Source: a virus
Taxonomy: Duplodnaviria; Caudoviricetes
Reading direction: 5' to 3' (one strand)
Length of the DNA stretch: 27,304 nt
IMG/VR virus record: IMGVR_UViG_3300023292_000044
Span: 1-27,304 of that record
In this document: one piece after another, positions 1-7,472 of the stretch
How the letters are laid out: each line of letters starts with the position of its first letter
How positions within the stretch are numbered: position 1 is the first letter of the stretch
The notes under the pieces: generated by a model
What the model was told of the DNA's origin: nothing
The model's database searches: none
The model's input: only the letters and a program-made list of their open reading frames with translations
Program-made: the position numbers and the translations under genes

Positions 1-2
1 AT

Positions 3-506
3 AACACCAATTGGAAAGAATCCGTATTAACGTTTACTGATGAAGGTTCAGCAAGTCAGACGTTGGGTAACAGATATATATCAAATACTACTGGTGCAGA
101 ATGGATAGAGAACTATATCTATGAATGGGATTCATCATGGATAGAGATTATACCTGATAATGGAACAACATGTTTAGTAGAAGATGAAGGTAGGTTTTAT
201 CTATTTAATGGAACTATATGGGTAAAACTAACAAGTATCATAATACATAATGATTTGAGTGGGATACAAGGGGGAAGTCTAACTGAACGTTATCATGCTC
301 TTACCCTACATCATAATTATTTGACTGCAGGAGTTGATGCCCAAATAATACATTACCATGATTTAGAAACTACTGCACCAGTATCAAATACTGATATAGG
401 AGTTGAAGGTCAATGGGCTAAAGATATAAACTATTATTATCATTGTGTATCTACTGATACATGGGTTAGAAGACCAGTTGAAACTGCATTTGTATCCTCA
501 CCTTAG
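3..506 (+). CDS. DUF2793-like tail fibre/adaptor protein, 5'-truncated by the window edge; paralog of 516..1160
   Basis: The frame is open from base 3 (NTNWKESVLTFTDEGSASQTLGNRYI...), so TTG at 63 is not the real start. It has the GxRYI..W...YIYEW...WIEIIPDNGTTCLVEDE..YLFNG..WV pattern, then HNDLSGIQGG...ERYH and a GQWAxDxNYYY.C.STxxW C-terminal module. Confidence 0.6.
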   Translation, partial: NTNWKESVLTFTDEGSASQTLGNRYISNTTGAEWIENYIYEWDSSWIEIIPDNGTTCLVEDEGRFYLFNGTIWVKLTSIIIHNDLSGIQGGSLTERYHALTLHHNYLTAGVDAQIIHYHDLETTAPVSNTDIGVEGQWAKDINYYYHCVSTDTWVRRPVETAFVSSP

Positions 507-515
507 GAACTTGAT

Positions 516-1160
516 ATGATAACATATACTAATATAGAGAAAATAGATCGTGCTGGTCTAAGCCGCACTACCCTTAATAATAATTTTCTATTTCTAGAAA
601 CTAAAATTGTTGAAGAAATAACGGGTCGTGATTGGAAAGAATCAATACTGACAATTAGTGATGAAGCTAGTGCTGTTGAAGTATCAGGTAATAGATATAT
701 CGCTGATTCAGATGGATCTACTTGGGTCAAAGATTATATCTATGAATGGGGTCTTCCGGTTGGTGGTAGTTCAAGTGTTTCTTTTGAATGGTTAGAAATT
801 ATCCCAAATGAAGGAACAGCATGCCTAATTGAAGATATAGATGAAGTTTATATTTATAATGGGATAACATGGGTTAGTCTCTATAACCCATTGATTCATA
901 ATGATCTTAGTGGTATAAATGGGGGAACTAATAATGAACGATATCATTTTACCAACTCAGAACTTACTGCATTAACTCAAAATGGAGATGCCCAGTCATT
1001 ACATTATCATGATACAAAAGTGAGTCCACCTGTTAATAACACTTCAATAGGGGTTAAAGGGCAATGGGCAATAGATAGCAACTATTATTATACATGTATA
1101 TCAACAAATGTATGGATTAGAGAAGTAGTAGAGACAACATTTCCCCCCCCCAGCCGCTAA
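516..1160 (+). CDS. DUF2793-like tail fibre/adaptor protein (short form, 214 aa)
   Basis: AGGA SD before ATG 516. Colinear with the upstream paralog (WKESIL, GNRYI, YIYEW, EIIPNEGTACLIED, HNDLSGINGG, ERYH, GQWAIDSNYYY). Ends TTT-C9-AGC-CGC-TAA. Confidence 0.65.
   Translation: MITYTNIEKIDRAGLSRTTLNNNFLFLETKIVEEITGRDWKESILTISDEASAVEVSGNRYIADSDGSTWVKDYIYEWGLPVGGSSSVSFEWLEIIPNEGTACLIEDIDEVYIYNGITWVSLYNPLIHNDLSGINGGTNNERYHFTNSELTALTQNGDAQSLHYHDTKVSPPVNNTSIGVKGQWAIDSNYYYTCISTNVWIREVVETTFPPPSR
1140..1151 (+). other. TTT-C9 slippery/homopolymer site (candidate +1 frameshift or phase-variable tract)
   Basis: TTT CCC CCC CCC directly precedes the stop of 516..1160. Loss or skipping of one base gives FPPPAANVLSF in the LamG frame. 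Confidence 0.6.
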
Positions 1161-1815
1161 TGTTCTCAGTTTTAATAACACTGGAGTAAATGTTGGAGAT
1201 ACGATTGATGGGGTTACTCAATTATCAGTAGCAGCATGGATTCGACCAACTGCTTATTCAGGATCTTATAACTGGATTATAGGCAAGCATAATACTGGGA
1301 GTTCTAGTGTGAGTTATGCCCTGATTCTAAGAGATGATAATGTATGGTTCCTGACTAACCCAACATTGGCACAATATGCATATGTGGACTCATTTATATC
1401 AATACCTTTAAACCAGTGGACTCATGTAGTTGCTACTTATAATGGAAGTCAAGATCCAAAAATATACATTAATGGTGTAAGTGTGTATGTTGAACACCAT
1501 GGAACAACCCCATCTAGTCTGTTAAGTTTTACTGCAGATGCTAGTATTGGATATGATATAGATGGTGATCGTTGGCCTTTTATTGGTGATATTGCAGATG
1601 TTAGAATATATAATGATGTTCTATCAGATTCTGAAATTGAATATATCAATAATGGCGGTACTAGTGGCGCAAATCCAGGAACAGCAAATCTAGTGAATCA
1701 ATGGTTATTAGATGAAGGTGAAGGATTAACGGTAACAGATTCGGGTTCAGGGAGCAATGATGGAACATTGGACGGAGCAACTTGGATCGCTAGTGATAGA
1801 CCACCAAGTGAATAG
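1141..1815 (+). CDS. LamG/concanavalin-like jellyroll domain, probably expressed as a +1 fusion to 516..1160 (about 432 aa)
   Basis: The frame opens at 1132 after TAG TAG. It reads FPPPAANVLSFNNTGVNVGDTIDGVTQLSVAAWIRP...WTHVVATYNGS..KIYINGV...FIGDIADVRIYNDVLSDSEI...WLLDEGEGLTVTDS. The domain's N-terminal strands lie upstream of the first start codon (GTG 1309). Confidence 0.75.
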   Translation, partial: FPPPAANVLSFNNTGVNVGDTIDGVTQLSVAAWIRPTAYSGSYNWIIGKHNTGSSSVSYALILRDDNVWFLTNPTLAQYAYVDSFISIPLNQWTHVVATYNGSQDPKIYINGVSVYVEHHGTTPSSLLSFTADASIGYDIDGDRWPFIGDIADVRIYNDVLSDSEIEYINNGGTSGANPGTANLVNQWLLDEGEGLTVTDSGSGSNDGTLDGATWIASDRPPSE

Positions 1816-1876
1816 TAAAAACATATCAGAACGATAACATTTAATACATATTTCAATTTTTTTTCATAAACAATCT

Positions 1877-1890
1877 GAACAAATAATAAA
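1877..1890 (+). promoter_or_regulatory. Putative phage late promoter motif GAACAAATAATAAA
   Basis: Intergenic, about 25 nt before ATG 1915 (SD GGAGG). The same motif recurs before other structural genes. Confidence 0.55.
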
Positions 1891-1914
1891 TTATATATTG
1901 GAGGAAGGGATAAA

Positions 1915-2916
1915 ATGGCAAAAGAAATAATTAACATGAAAGATAACTATCATCCAGCATTACATGATAGACTTTCCACTGAAGCTAAAACACCCAGAGG
2001 TATCGTTGGTATCTATGATAAACTCCCCAATGGTGATTTGCGTTTGATTGAACGCCAAAACATGATTGTCTTCCAAGGAAGAGAATGGTTGTTACAGCGA
2101 GCATTTGGACCTGAACTTCAAGGAAATACAGAAATAGCAGACCGGTATATTAAATGGTTTGGTTTAGGTACTGGTGGCGGAGAAGCCGGAAATCCATTAC
2201 AAGCAGGAGCAACAAACGCGTGGGATACTGATTTGAGTTCTACCCTTCGAATTAACTCATCAGGAACCGCGCCCAGTTATGCACCAAGAGATGTTGGTGG
2301 ATCATTGATTCCTGGATTTTATAAACAATTTTCTAGCGTAGTAAGAAAAGAAGATCCTGCTAATGGATATGTTGTTGATAGTTCAACATTTTATCCTGAA
2401 CTAATTGCAGAAATCAGAATTGAAATTGCTAGTGAAGATGGTAATGGTACAGATGGATCTGGTTATGCGGATTTAAATGAAGCTGGATTATTTATTGATA
2501 ACCCTGTCGTTTATTCCCCAAGTAGTTCAAGTGGGCTTATTGCTCCTTTGAACGTCTATTCTATTTCTAAGTTAAGTACATTTACAAATGAAACTCGTTA
2601 CACATTTGAAGCCGGTACGGATATTACAGATGTCCTTGCTGGAGATAGAATTACTGTAACAACTTCAACAAATTCGGATAACGATATAGTCGAGGCTCTT
2701 ATTACTGATGTAGGTTATGAGTCGGGTGGTTGTCTTGCATACATAACTGTTGATAATGCAAATGGTGTAGACGAAGGACCCGATTCTCCAGCAGTAGCCA
2801 GAGTAGTAACTAGGGACGAACTAAATGATATCGCAATGTTCTCACGGGTTACATTTAGTACCATTAGGAAGACAGTTGATAGAGAAATTGTGTTTCTCTG
2901 GAAAATTTACTTCTAA
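1915..2916 (+). CDS. Tail fibre-baseplate attachment/collar-type virion protein with an inserted beta domain
   Basis: NMIVFQGRE..FGLGTGG...DTDL...EDGNG...LNEAGLF...MFSRVTFSTIRKT...FLWKIYF matches the widespread tail-fibre N-terminal/baseplate-adaptor fold pattern. It lies directly upstream of the sheath gene. Confidence 0.6.
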   Translation: MAKEIINMKDNYHPALHDRLSTEAKTPRGIVGIYDKLPNGDLRLIERQNMIVFQGREWLLQRAFGPELQGNTEIADRYIKWFGLGTGGGEAGNPLQAGATNAWDTDLSSTLRINSSGTAPSYAPRDVGGSLIPGFYKQFSSVVRKEDPANGYVVDSSTFYPELIAEIRIEIASEDGNGTDGSGYADLNEAGLFIDNPVVYSPSSSSGLIAPLNVYSISKLSTFTNETRYTFEAGTDITDVLAGDRITVTTSTNSDNDIVEALITDVGYESGGCLAYITVDNANGVDEGPDSPAVARVVTRDELNDIAMFSRVTFSTIRKTVDREIVFLWKIYF

Positions 2917-2923
2917 AAGTGAA

Positions 2924-2937
2924 GAACAAATAATAAG
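2924..2937 (+). promoter_or_regulatory. Putative late promoter motif GAACAAATAATAAG upstream of the tail sheath gene
   Basis: 13/14 identical to the 1877 copy, intergenic, followed by GAGG SD and ATG 2971. Confidence 0.55.
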
Positions 2938-2970
2938 AAATCATTTTATAACGAAAAGAGAGGTAAGATC

Positions 2971-5073
2971 ATGGCTCAAAATATTTCACCAGGTGTCTAT
3001 ACAAAGATTATTGATTTAAGTCAATACCTTGCAGATATTCCAGGAACATTCGGATTTTGTCCGATTCTAACAAAACGCGGTCCTGACAACCAATTAACAT
3101 TCATTGGTAATGGACGGGATTACCGTAATTTGTTTGGATCTCCTGATATCGCAATCATGGGTAAGCATTATGGACAAGGACCATATATAGTAGAGAATCA
3201 TCTTTCTATTGCTACTTCTTGTTATGTAACTCGTGCTCTACCAGAAGATGCAACTTACTCGAACCTATTTTTGGGTATGCAGCTGGTTGATCCAAACGAA
3301 GGTTCTAGTTCTAATTCTCTGGGTGGCGGTCTATCTGCTGATCCAGTTAAGGCTGAACTTGCCACGTATTCTCATTCTGGAATCAATTCGGTTCCTGAAC
3401 TGGATACTTTCTTAGATCAAGCAGATATCACTACTTGGATAAATACAACAGATACTGGCGGTATTGGTCTTAGTGATGGTTGGTTAGCATACTTCCGTCC
3501 AATTGGGCGTGGTGACAGCTATGATGACTTCGCAATTATAATTGAGAAGCACGTCAACCCACAGAAAACTGGGGTCTATGTTCTAGAAATTTATGAAACA
3601 CAATTTGATGGTGATGATGTTCTTACAGAATCATATGAAGTTAGTTTCAATCCTCTAGATAAGGATTCGGCTGGTGAATCACTATATATCGAAGATGTGG
3701 TAAATAGATTCTCAGATCAGATTCGTGTTAAAATAAACCCGAAGGCTCTTGAAGTTCTTGAAGAACAACGAGTTGAATTCCATAAGAACGAAGAAGAAGA
3801 TACTTATCCAGATAACCCTTACTACATTGATGATCCAACGGATCCAAATTATGGAGTATTAGGTTATAAGGAATGGATCAAACAAGAAACACAAACAGTG
3901 TTTGATGCAGCACAGGCAGATCTTGAAACCGCTCTTGATGAATTAGTAGCTGCAAGAGAATTAACTCAGTTGACTGCTGCAGAGGTAGTAATTCGTAATA
4001 CTGCTATTGATCTTGCTTCGACTTCTGTTGCTTTAGCTAGAACAGCTTTAGCTACTGCGTCGACTGATTTGGAAGATGCATTCCAATTAGATATCTTGAC
4101 TACAAAAGATTATGATACCACAACTGCTACAATTGAACCGATTCATATGGATTATGGTTCAGATGGTTCTTTGTTTGCTATAGATCCAAGATCTGGTAAT
4201 CAGGTAATTCATCAGGCAACAGCGGATATGATTCTGGCTCAAGCATATGTTGGAATATTAACTGATCCATTAACACTTGACCCAATGGATAAGATTCTTG
4301 ACACTGAGGAAATTTGGATTGATTTAGTTTATGATCCAGGTTATCCTACTAATGTTAAATATTCTGCAGAGAATATTTCTAAGGATCTTAGAAGAGATTG
4401 TATAACCATTACTGACAATGGTGATAATAATAACTTCAAGCAAGCTAAAGATGAACATGATCAGTATCACCTAACCAACTCTAGATATGTTTCTAGGTAT
4501 GAAGGTTATTCTACGATCTTTGATGTGTGGACAGGTAAAGATATTGCGGTATCCCCTGTATACCATATGTCCAAGATTATTCCTATGGTTGATAAAGAAT
4601 ATGAACTATGGTACGCACCTGCTGGTTTCAATAGAGCCACAATTTCTGACATCAAGACACTCCGATGGAGTCCTAAACTTGGTGAAAGAGATCAGCTTTA
4701 TTTGATGCAGCTTAACCCAATTGTAAGATTCAATGTTGGATACACAGTTTGGGGTCAGCTAACCACTCAGGTAAGACCTTCGGCACTTCAGGATCTAAAC
4801 GTTATGCGTTTGGTTCTTTATATCAAGAGAGCTTTAGAACAATATCTTAAGTTCTTTATCTTTGAATTCAATGATGATCAGACTTGGGCACAAATCAAAA
4901 ATGGCATCATTCCATTCCTAGAAACAATTAGACGTAAGAGAGGTTTGAAATCATTTGAAGTTGACGTTGGTGCAACGGATTATGAATTTAAACAGAAAAT
5001 TGCTCATGTTAATATCATTCTCGAACCTATGAAGGTAATTGAGAGAATCGAACTTAACTTATTTGTAAAATAA
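2971..5073 (+). CDS. Contractile tail sheath protein (T4 gp18-like)
   Basis: N-terminal SPGVYTKIIDLS. C-terminal WYAPAGFNRA, RDQLY..QLNPI, VWGQLT, SALQDLNVMRL, FIFEFND..TW and ILEPMKVIERIELN sheath motifs. Confidence 0.95.
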   Translation: MAQNISPGVYTKIIDLSQYLADIPGTFGFCPILTKRGPDNQLTFIGNGRDYRNLFGSPDIAIMGKHYGQGPYIVENHLSIATSCYVTRALPEDATYSNLFLGMQLVDPNEGSSSNSLGGGLSADPVKAELATYSHSGINSVPELDTFLDQADITTWINTTDTGGIGLSDGWLAYFRPIGRGDSYDDFAIIIEKHVNPQKTGVYVLEIYETQFDGDDVLTESYEVSFNPLDKDSAGESLYIEDVVNRFSDQIRVKINPKALEVLEEQRVEFHKNEEEDTYPDNPYYIDDPTDPNYGVLGYKEWIKQETQTVFDAAQADLETALDELVAARELTQLTAAEVVIRNTAIDLASTSVALARTALATASTDLEDAFQLDILTTKDYDTTTATIEPIHMDYGSDGSLFAIDPRSGNQVIHQATADMILAQAYVGILTDPLTLDPMDKILDTEEIWIDLVYDPGYPTNVKYSAENISKDLRRDCITITDNGDNNNFKQAKDEHDQYHLTNSRYVSRYEGYSTIFDVWTGKDIAVSPVYHMSKIIPMVDKEYELWYAPAGFNRATISDIKTLRWSPKLGERDQLYLMQLNPIVRFNVGYTVWGQLTTQVRPSALQDLNVMRLVLYIKRALEQYLKFFIFEFNDDQTWAQIKNGIIPFLETIRRKRGLKSFEVDVGATDYEFKQKIAHVNIILEPMKVIERIELNLFVK

Positions 5074-5080
5074 TATATTG

Positions 5081-5108
5081 TGAGTAGGGGATATAATTCC
5101 CCTACTCA
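5081..5108 (+). terminator. Perfect 11-bp hairpin between sheath and tube genes (terminator/attenuator or processing stem)
   Basis: TGAGTAGGGGA-TATAAT-TCCCCTACTCA, followed by only a weak U tract (TTAATAACTTTT). Confidence 0.55.
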
Positions 5109-5139
5109 TTAATAACTTTTATCTTAAGGAGATAAAGAA

Positions 5140-5883
5140 ATGAATAACTCATTTAATGTAGTATCAGACAATAGATACGATCGAAACTTCGGTGGAACAA
5201 CTCAAGGTGTAGCTGATCCATATATCAGCGGATATCATTTTGTTGATTTCATCCGACTCCCGCCAAGAATAAGTGATTTCGTCCCCTCTAGTGGTGGTCG
5301 TCATTTTATTGGTTCATCACAAGAAGTTATGGATACTTTAAATTCTTCATGTTTATCCGTTACACCTCCAGGTGGAACATTAAACAAAGCAGAATTCACA
5401 GGTCTCGGCGGTGTTAAATTCGCAGTACCTACAAACGTTGATTATGGGAATACCCTGACTATGAAATTCTTGGAATTTAGTGGTCTTCCGATTCTTGGTA
5501 TTATCGGTGGTTGGGTACAAATGATCCGTGATTACAGAACAGGAGTATCAAACTTGGGTGATGGTGCTGATGAATACACTAAACAGAATTATGCCGCTTC
5601 AGTATTATATTGGACAACCAAACCAGATGGTAGAACTGTAGAGTTTTCAGCATTGTTCACAGGTGTATTCCCAACTAAAGATCCTAGAGATCTTTATACT
5701 GGTGATTTTACAGCAGTTGATAAACTTGAAGCCGATATCGAATTTAATGTTGATTGGACCTGGCATGAACCATGGGTACTTGATGCTGCACAAACAAGAG
5801 CTCATGCTATCCATGATGTAGGCGTCAAAGATTATCGTGTCAAAGGCGGAGATGGTGCTGGTGACGGAGAAGCCGGATTATAA
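5140..5883 (+). CDS. Tail tube protein
   Basis: Directly follows the sheath, with an AAGGAG SD. Tube-like pattern: SVTPPG.T...GLGG...VPT..DYGNTLTMKFLE.SG.P...W...IRD..TG...YAA......KPDG..VEFSALFTGVFP....EADIEFNVDW. Confidence 0.8.
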   Translation: MNNSFNVVSDNRYDRNFGGTTQGVADPYISGYHFVDFIRLPPRISDFVPSSGGRHFIGSSQEVMDTLNSSCLSVTPPGGTLNKAEFTGLGGVKFAVPTNVDYGNTLTMKFLEFSGLPILGIIGGWVQMIRDYRTGVSNLGDGADEYTKQNYAASVLYWTTKPDGRTVEFSALFTGVFPTKDPRDLYTGDFTAVDKLEADIEFNVDWTWHEPWVLDAAQTRAHAIHDVGVKDYRVKGGDGAGDGEAGL

Positions 5884-5900
5884 TATTTAGGTAAAAATGT

Positions 5901-5933
5901 CCCACCCAGTATAGAAACTACTGGGTGGGTTTT
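5901..5933 (+). terminator. Rho-independent terminator after the tail tube gene
   Basis: CCCACCCAGTA-TAGAAAC-TACTGGGTGGG (11-bp perfect stem) followed by TTTT. Confidence 0.8.
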
Positions 5934-5999
5934 GAATAAATTAAAAGGAAGAACATCAAAAATACAACGTATCAACTAAAAACTTAAAGGAGTTTAGTT

Positions 6000-6821
6000 A
6001 TGGACAAACATGGAATAGAAGTTATCCCATCATTCAAAATAAAGTATCCAGAATATACTATTATTACACCACATACAAATAAAGAATATACAATTCGAAG
6101 TTTGAAGATTGGTGAAGAAGAATCTTTGAGGTCTAGTATTTTGACCCCAGCATCATTAACTGAACATCTTAATAACGCCATATTCGGATGCCTAGTTAAT
6201 AAACCGGATGATGTTGTAACAATTGAAGATTTCTTGAATAAGAGTACTATAGCTGATAGAGAAGCTTTAATGTATGGTCTTTACCATATTACTTATAAAG
6301 ATAAACATGCTTATGATATTACTTGTAAAGAATGTGAACATGTGAACCCTGTAAAAGTAAACTTCGGTGATTCATTCTCAATGGTGGCATGGAACAAAGA
6401 AACGAATATTCTTGATGAAGAAGTCCGTGTACAATTGGAACTAGCTGAATCAGTAACTGTTGTCTTGAAGCAAGCTAATCTGATGGAGGAACAAGAGTTA
6501 ATGAACATGTTGAAGTTCTCTAGTGATGATGAACGAGAAAAACAAATTGGTCTTTTACCCATATCTTGTTTTGAAATCGATGTAGGCGGTACCAGTGTTA
6601 ATGGTAACGATAAGGATGTAATTAAGGATCGTAATAATATTAAGCAAATTTATAACGACCTTCCGGCACAAGACAGAATGTCAATCGAAGATTCATATGA
6701 GAAAAACTTTGGGAAGTATGGTGTTACCATCAAAGTACTGATGAACTGTGCAAAATGTCACACCTCTAACGAAACGGAAATCGATTTAGTTCGACAGTTC
6801 TTTCGCGCAATCTACGGATGA
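6000..6821 (+). CDS. Baseplate hub assembly/tail assembly chaperone (T4 gp26-like) with CxxC zinc-ribbon pairs
   Basis: AAGGAG SD. Pattern P.YTIITP..K.YTIRSL.IGEE..L, DR..LMY.LY..TY, CKEC, CAKC and a C-terminal DLVRQFFR. Located after the tube gene. Confidence 0.75.
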   Translation: MDKHGIEVIPSFKIKYPEYTIITPHTNKEYTIRSLKIGEEESLRSSILTPASLTEHLNNAIFGCLVNKPDDVVTIEDFLNKSTIADREALMYGLYHITYKDKHAYDITCKECEHVNPVKVNFGDSFSMVAWNKETNILDEEVRVQLELAESVTVVLKQANLMEEQELMNMLKFSSDDEREKQIGLLPISCFEIDVGGTSVNGNDKDVIKDRNNIKQIYNDLPAQDRMSIEDSYEKNFGKYGVTIKVLMNCAKCHTSNETEIDLVRQFFRAIYG

Positions 6822-7008
6822 GAAACAGGTAGATAAATACGTAGAGAATTTAGAAGAAAGTATTTTTCTAGCTATAGAACTTGGTAAACAGGATTATTCA
6901 TCCATAATGGAAATGCCTGTAAAAAGGTTAGAAAAATACTTAGAGTGGAAAATTAAATTCGACGAAGATCTTGCAAAAGCCAAGGCGGAAAAATTAGAAC
7001 AAATCTAA
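6802..7008 (+). CDS. Start-less +1 frame extension of 6000..6821 (gp51/tail chaperone GT-like C-terminal module), missing from the ORF track
   Basis: The frame is open from 6790 to TAA 7006-7008: (F)AQSTDEKQVDKYVENLEESIFLAIELGKQDYSSIMEMPVKRLEKYLEWKIKFDEDLAKAKAEKLEQI. It fills the gap exactly, has no ATG/GTG/TTG until 6907, and carries the 'Y..I..MP..R...Y' chaperone-extension motif. Confidence 0.7.
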   Translation, partial: FAQSTDEKQVDKYVENLEESIFLAIELGKQDYSSIMEMPVKRLEKYLEWKIKFDEDLAKAKAEKLEQI

Positions 7009-7010
7009 AA
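6997..7010 (+). promoter_or_regulatory. GAACAAATCTAAAA motif upstream of the gp25-like gene
   Basis: Matches the recurrent motif, but overlaps the last codons of the +1 extension. Confidence 0.35.
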
Positions 7011-7020
7011 GGGTTTGTCT

Positions 7021-7470
7021 ATGTCTATAGAAAATGATGAAAGATCTTTTAGAAGATTTGTAGCTGGTCAATTTGATCAAATATATGATTATATACCAGC
7101 TGTCGAGTCAACAGGAGATTTTATACGCATCGAGGGTATTGATGTAATCATTAATTCAATACGAACGTTGCTGTTAACCCCATTAGGGTTTTATCCATTT
7201 GATCCAGAGTATGGGTCTTTATTATACAAAAAAGTATTTGATCCCTTAGATGAACAATCAAAGAATGAAATAGTATATGAAGTAAAACAAAGAATTGAGA
7301 AATATGATGATCGGTGCAACATTACAAAAGTAGAGATATATGAGGTGGGCACTGATGGTAAAGCATTCCAGGTTGAAGTATACATTAAACGGGGAGAAAT
7401 CACAGGTCAAGTATCTATACATCTACCTAGTCCAAATCGCCAGTTCGCCTTTGAAACAGAGGATGCTTAA
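7021..7470 (+). CDS. Baseplate wedge subunit, T4 gp25/GPW-like
   Basis: IINSIRTLLLTPLGFYPFDPEYGSLLYKKVFDPLD...IEKYDDRC.I..VEI is the gp25 signature. ATG 7021 (AAGGG SD) is preferred over TTG 7015. Confidence 0.9.
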   Translation: MSIENDERSFRRFVAGQFDQIYDYIPAVESTGDFIRIEGIDVIINSIRTLLLTPLGFYPFDPEYGSLLYKKVFDPLDEQSKNEIVYEVKQRIEKYDDRCNITKVEIYEVGTDGKAFQVEVYIKRGEITGQVSIHLPSPNRQFAFETEDA

Positions 7471-7472
7471 TA

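Noticed and set aside
504-516. ORF1 and ORF2 are in the same frame separated by one TAG plus 3 codons (possible readthrough or amber recoding)
   Set aside because: ORF2 has its own SD and ATG. All long genes are intact in the standard code with no internal TAG, and same-frame adjacency occurs one time in three by chance.
1309-1815. LamG ORF as an independent gene starting at GTG 1309
   Set aside because: That start would remove the N-terminal strands (LSF...LSVAAWIRP...WIIGK) of the domain. The coding frame clearly extends back to the C-run.
2825-3019. ORF 2825..3019 as a third +1 extension via TTT_CTC at 2893
   Set aside because: The extension has no recognisable protein character, runs over the promoter motif and sheath start, and would replace the conserved terminal WKIYF strand.
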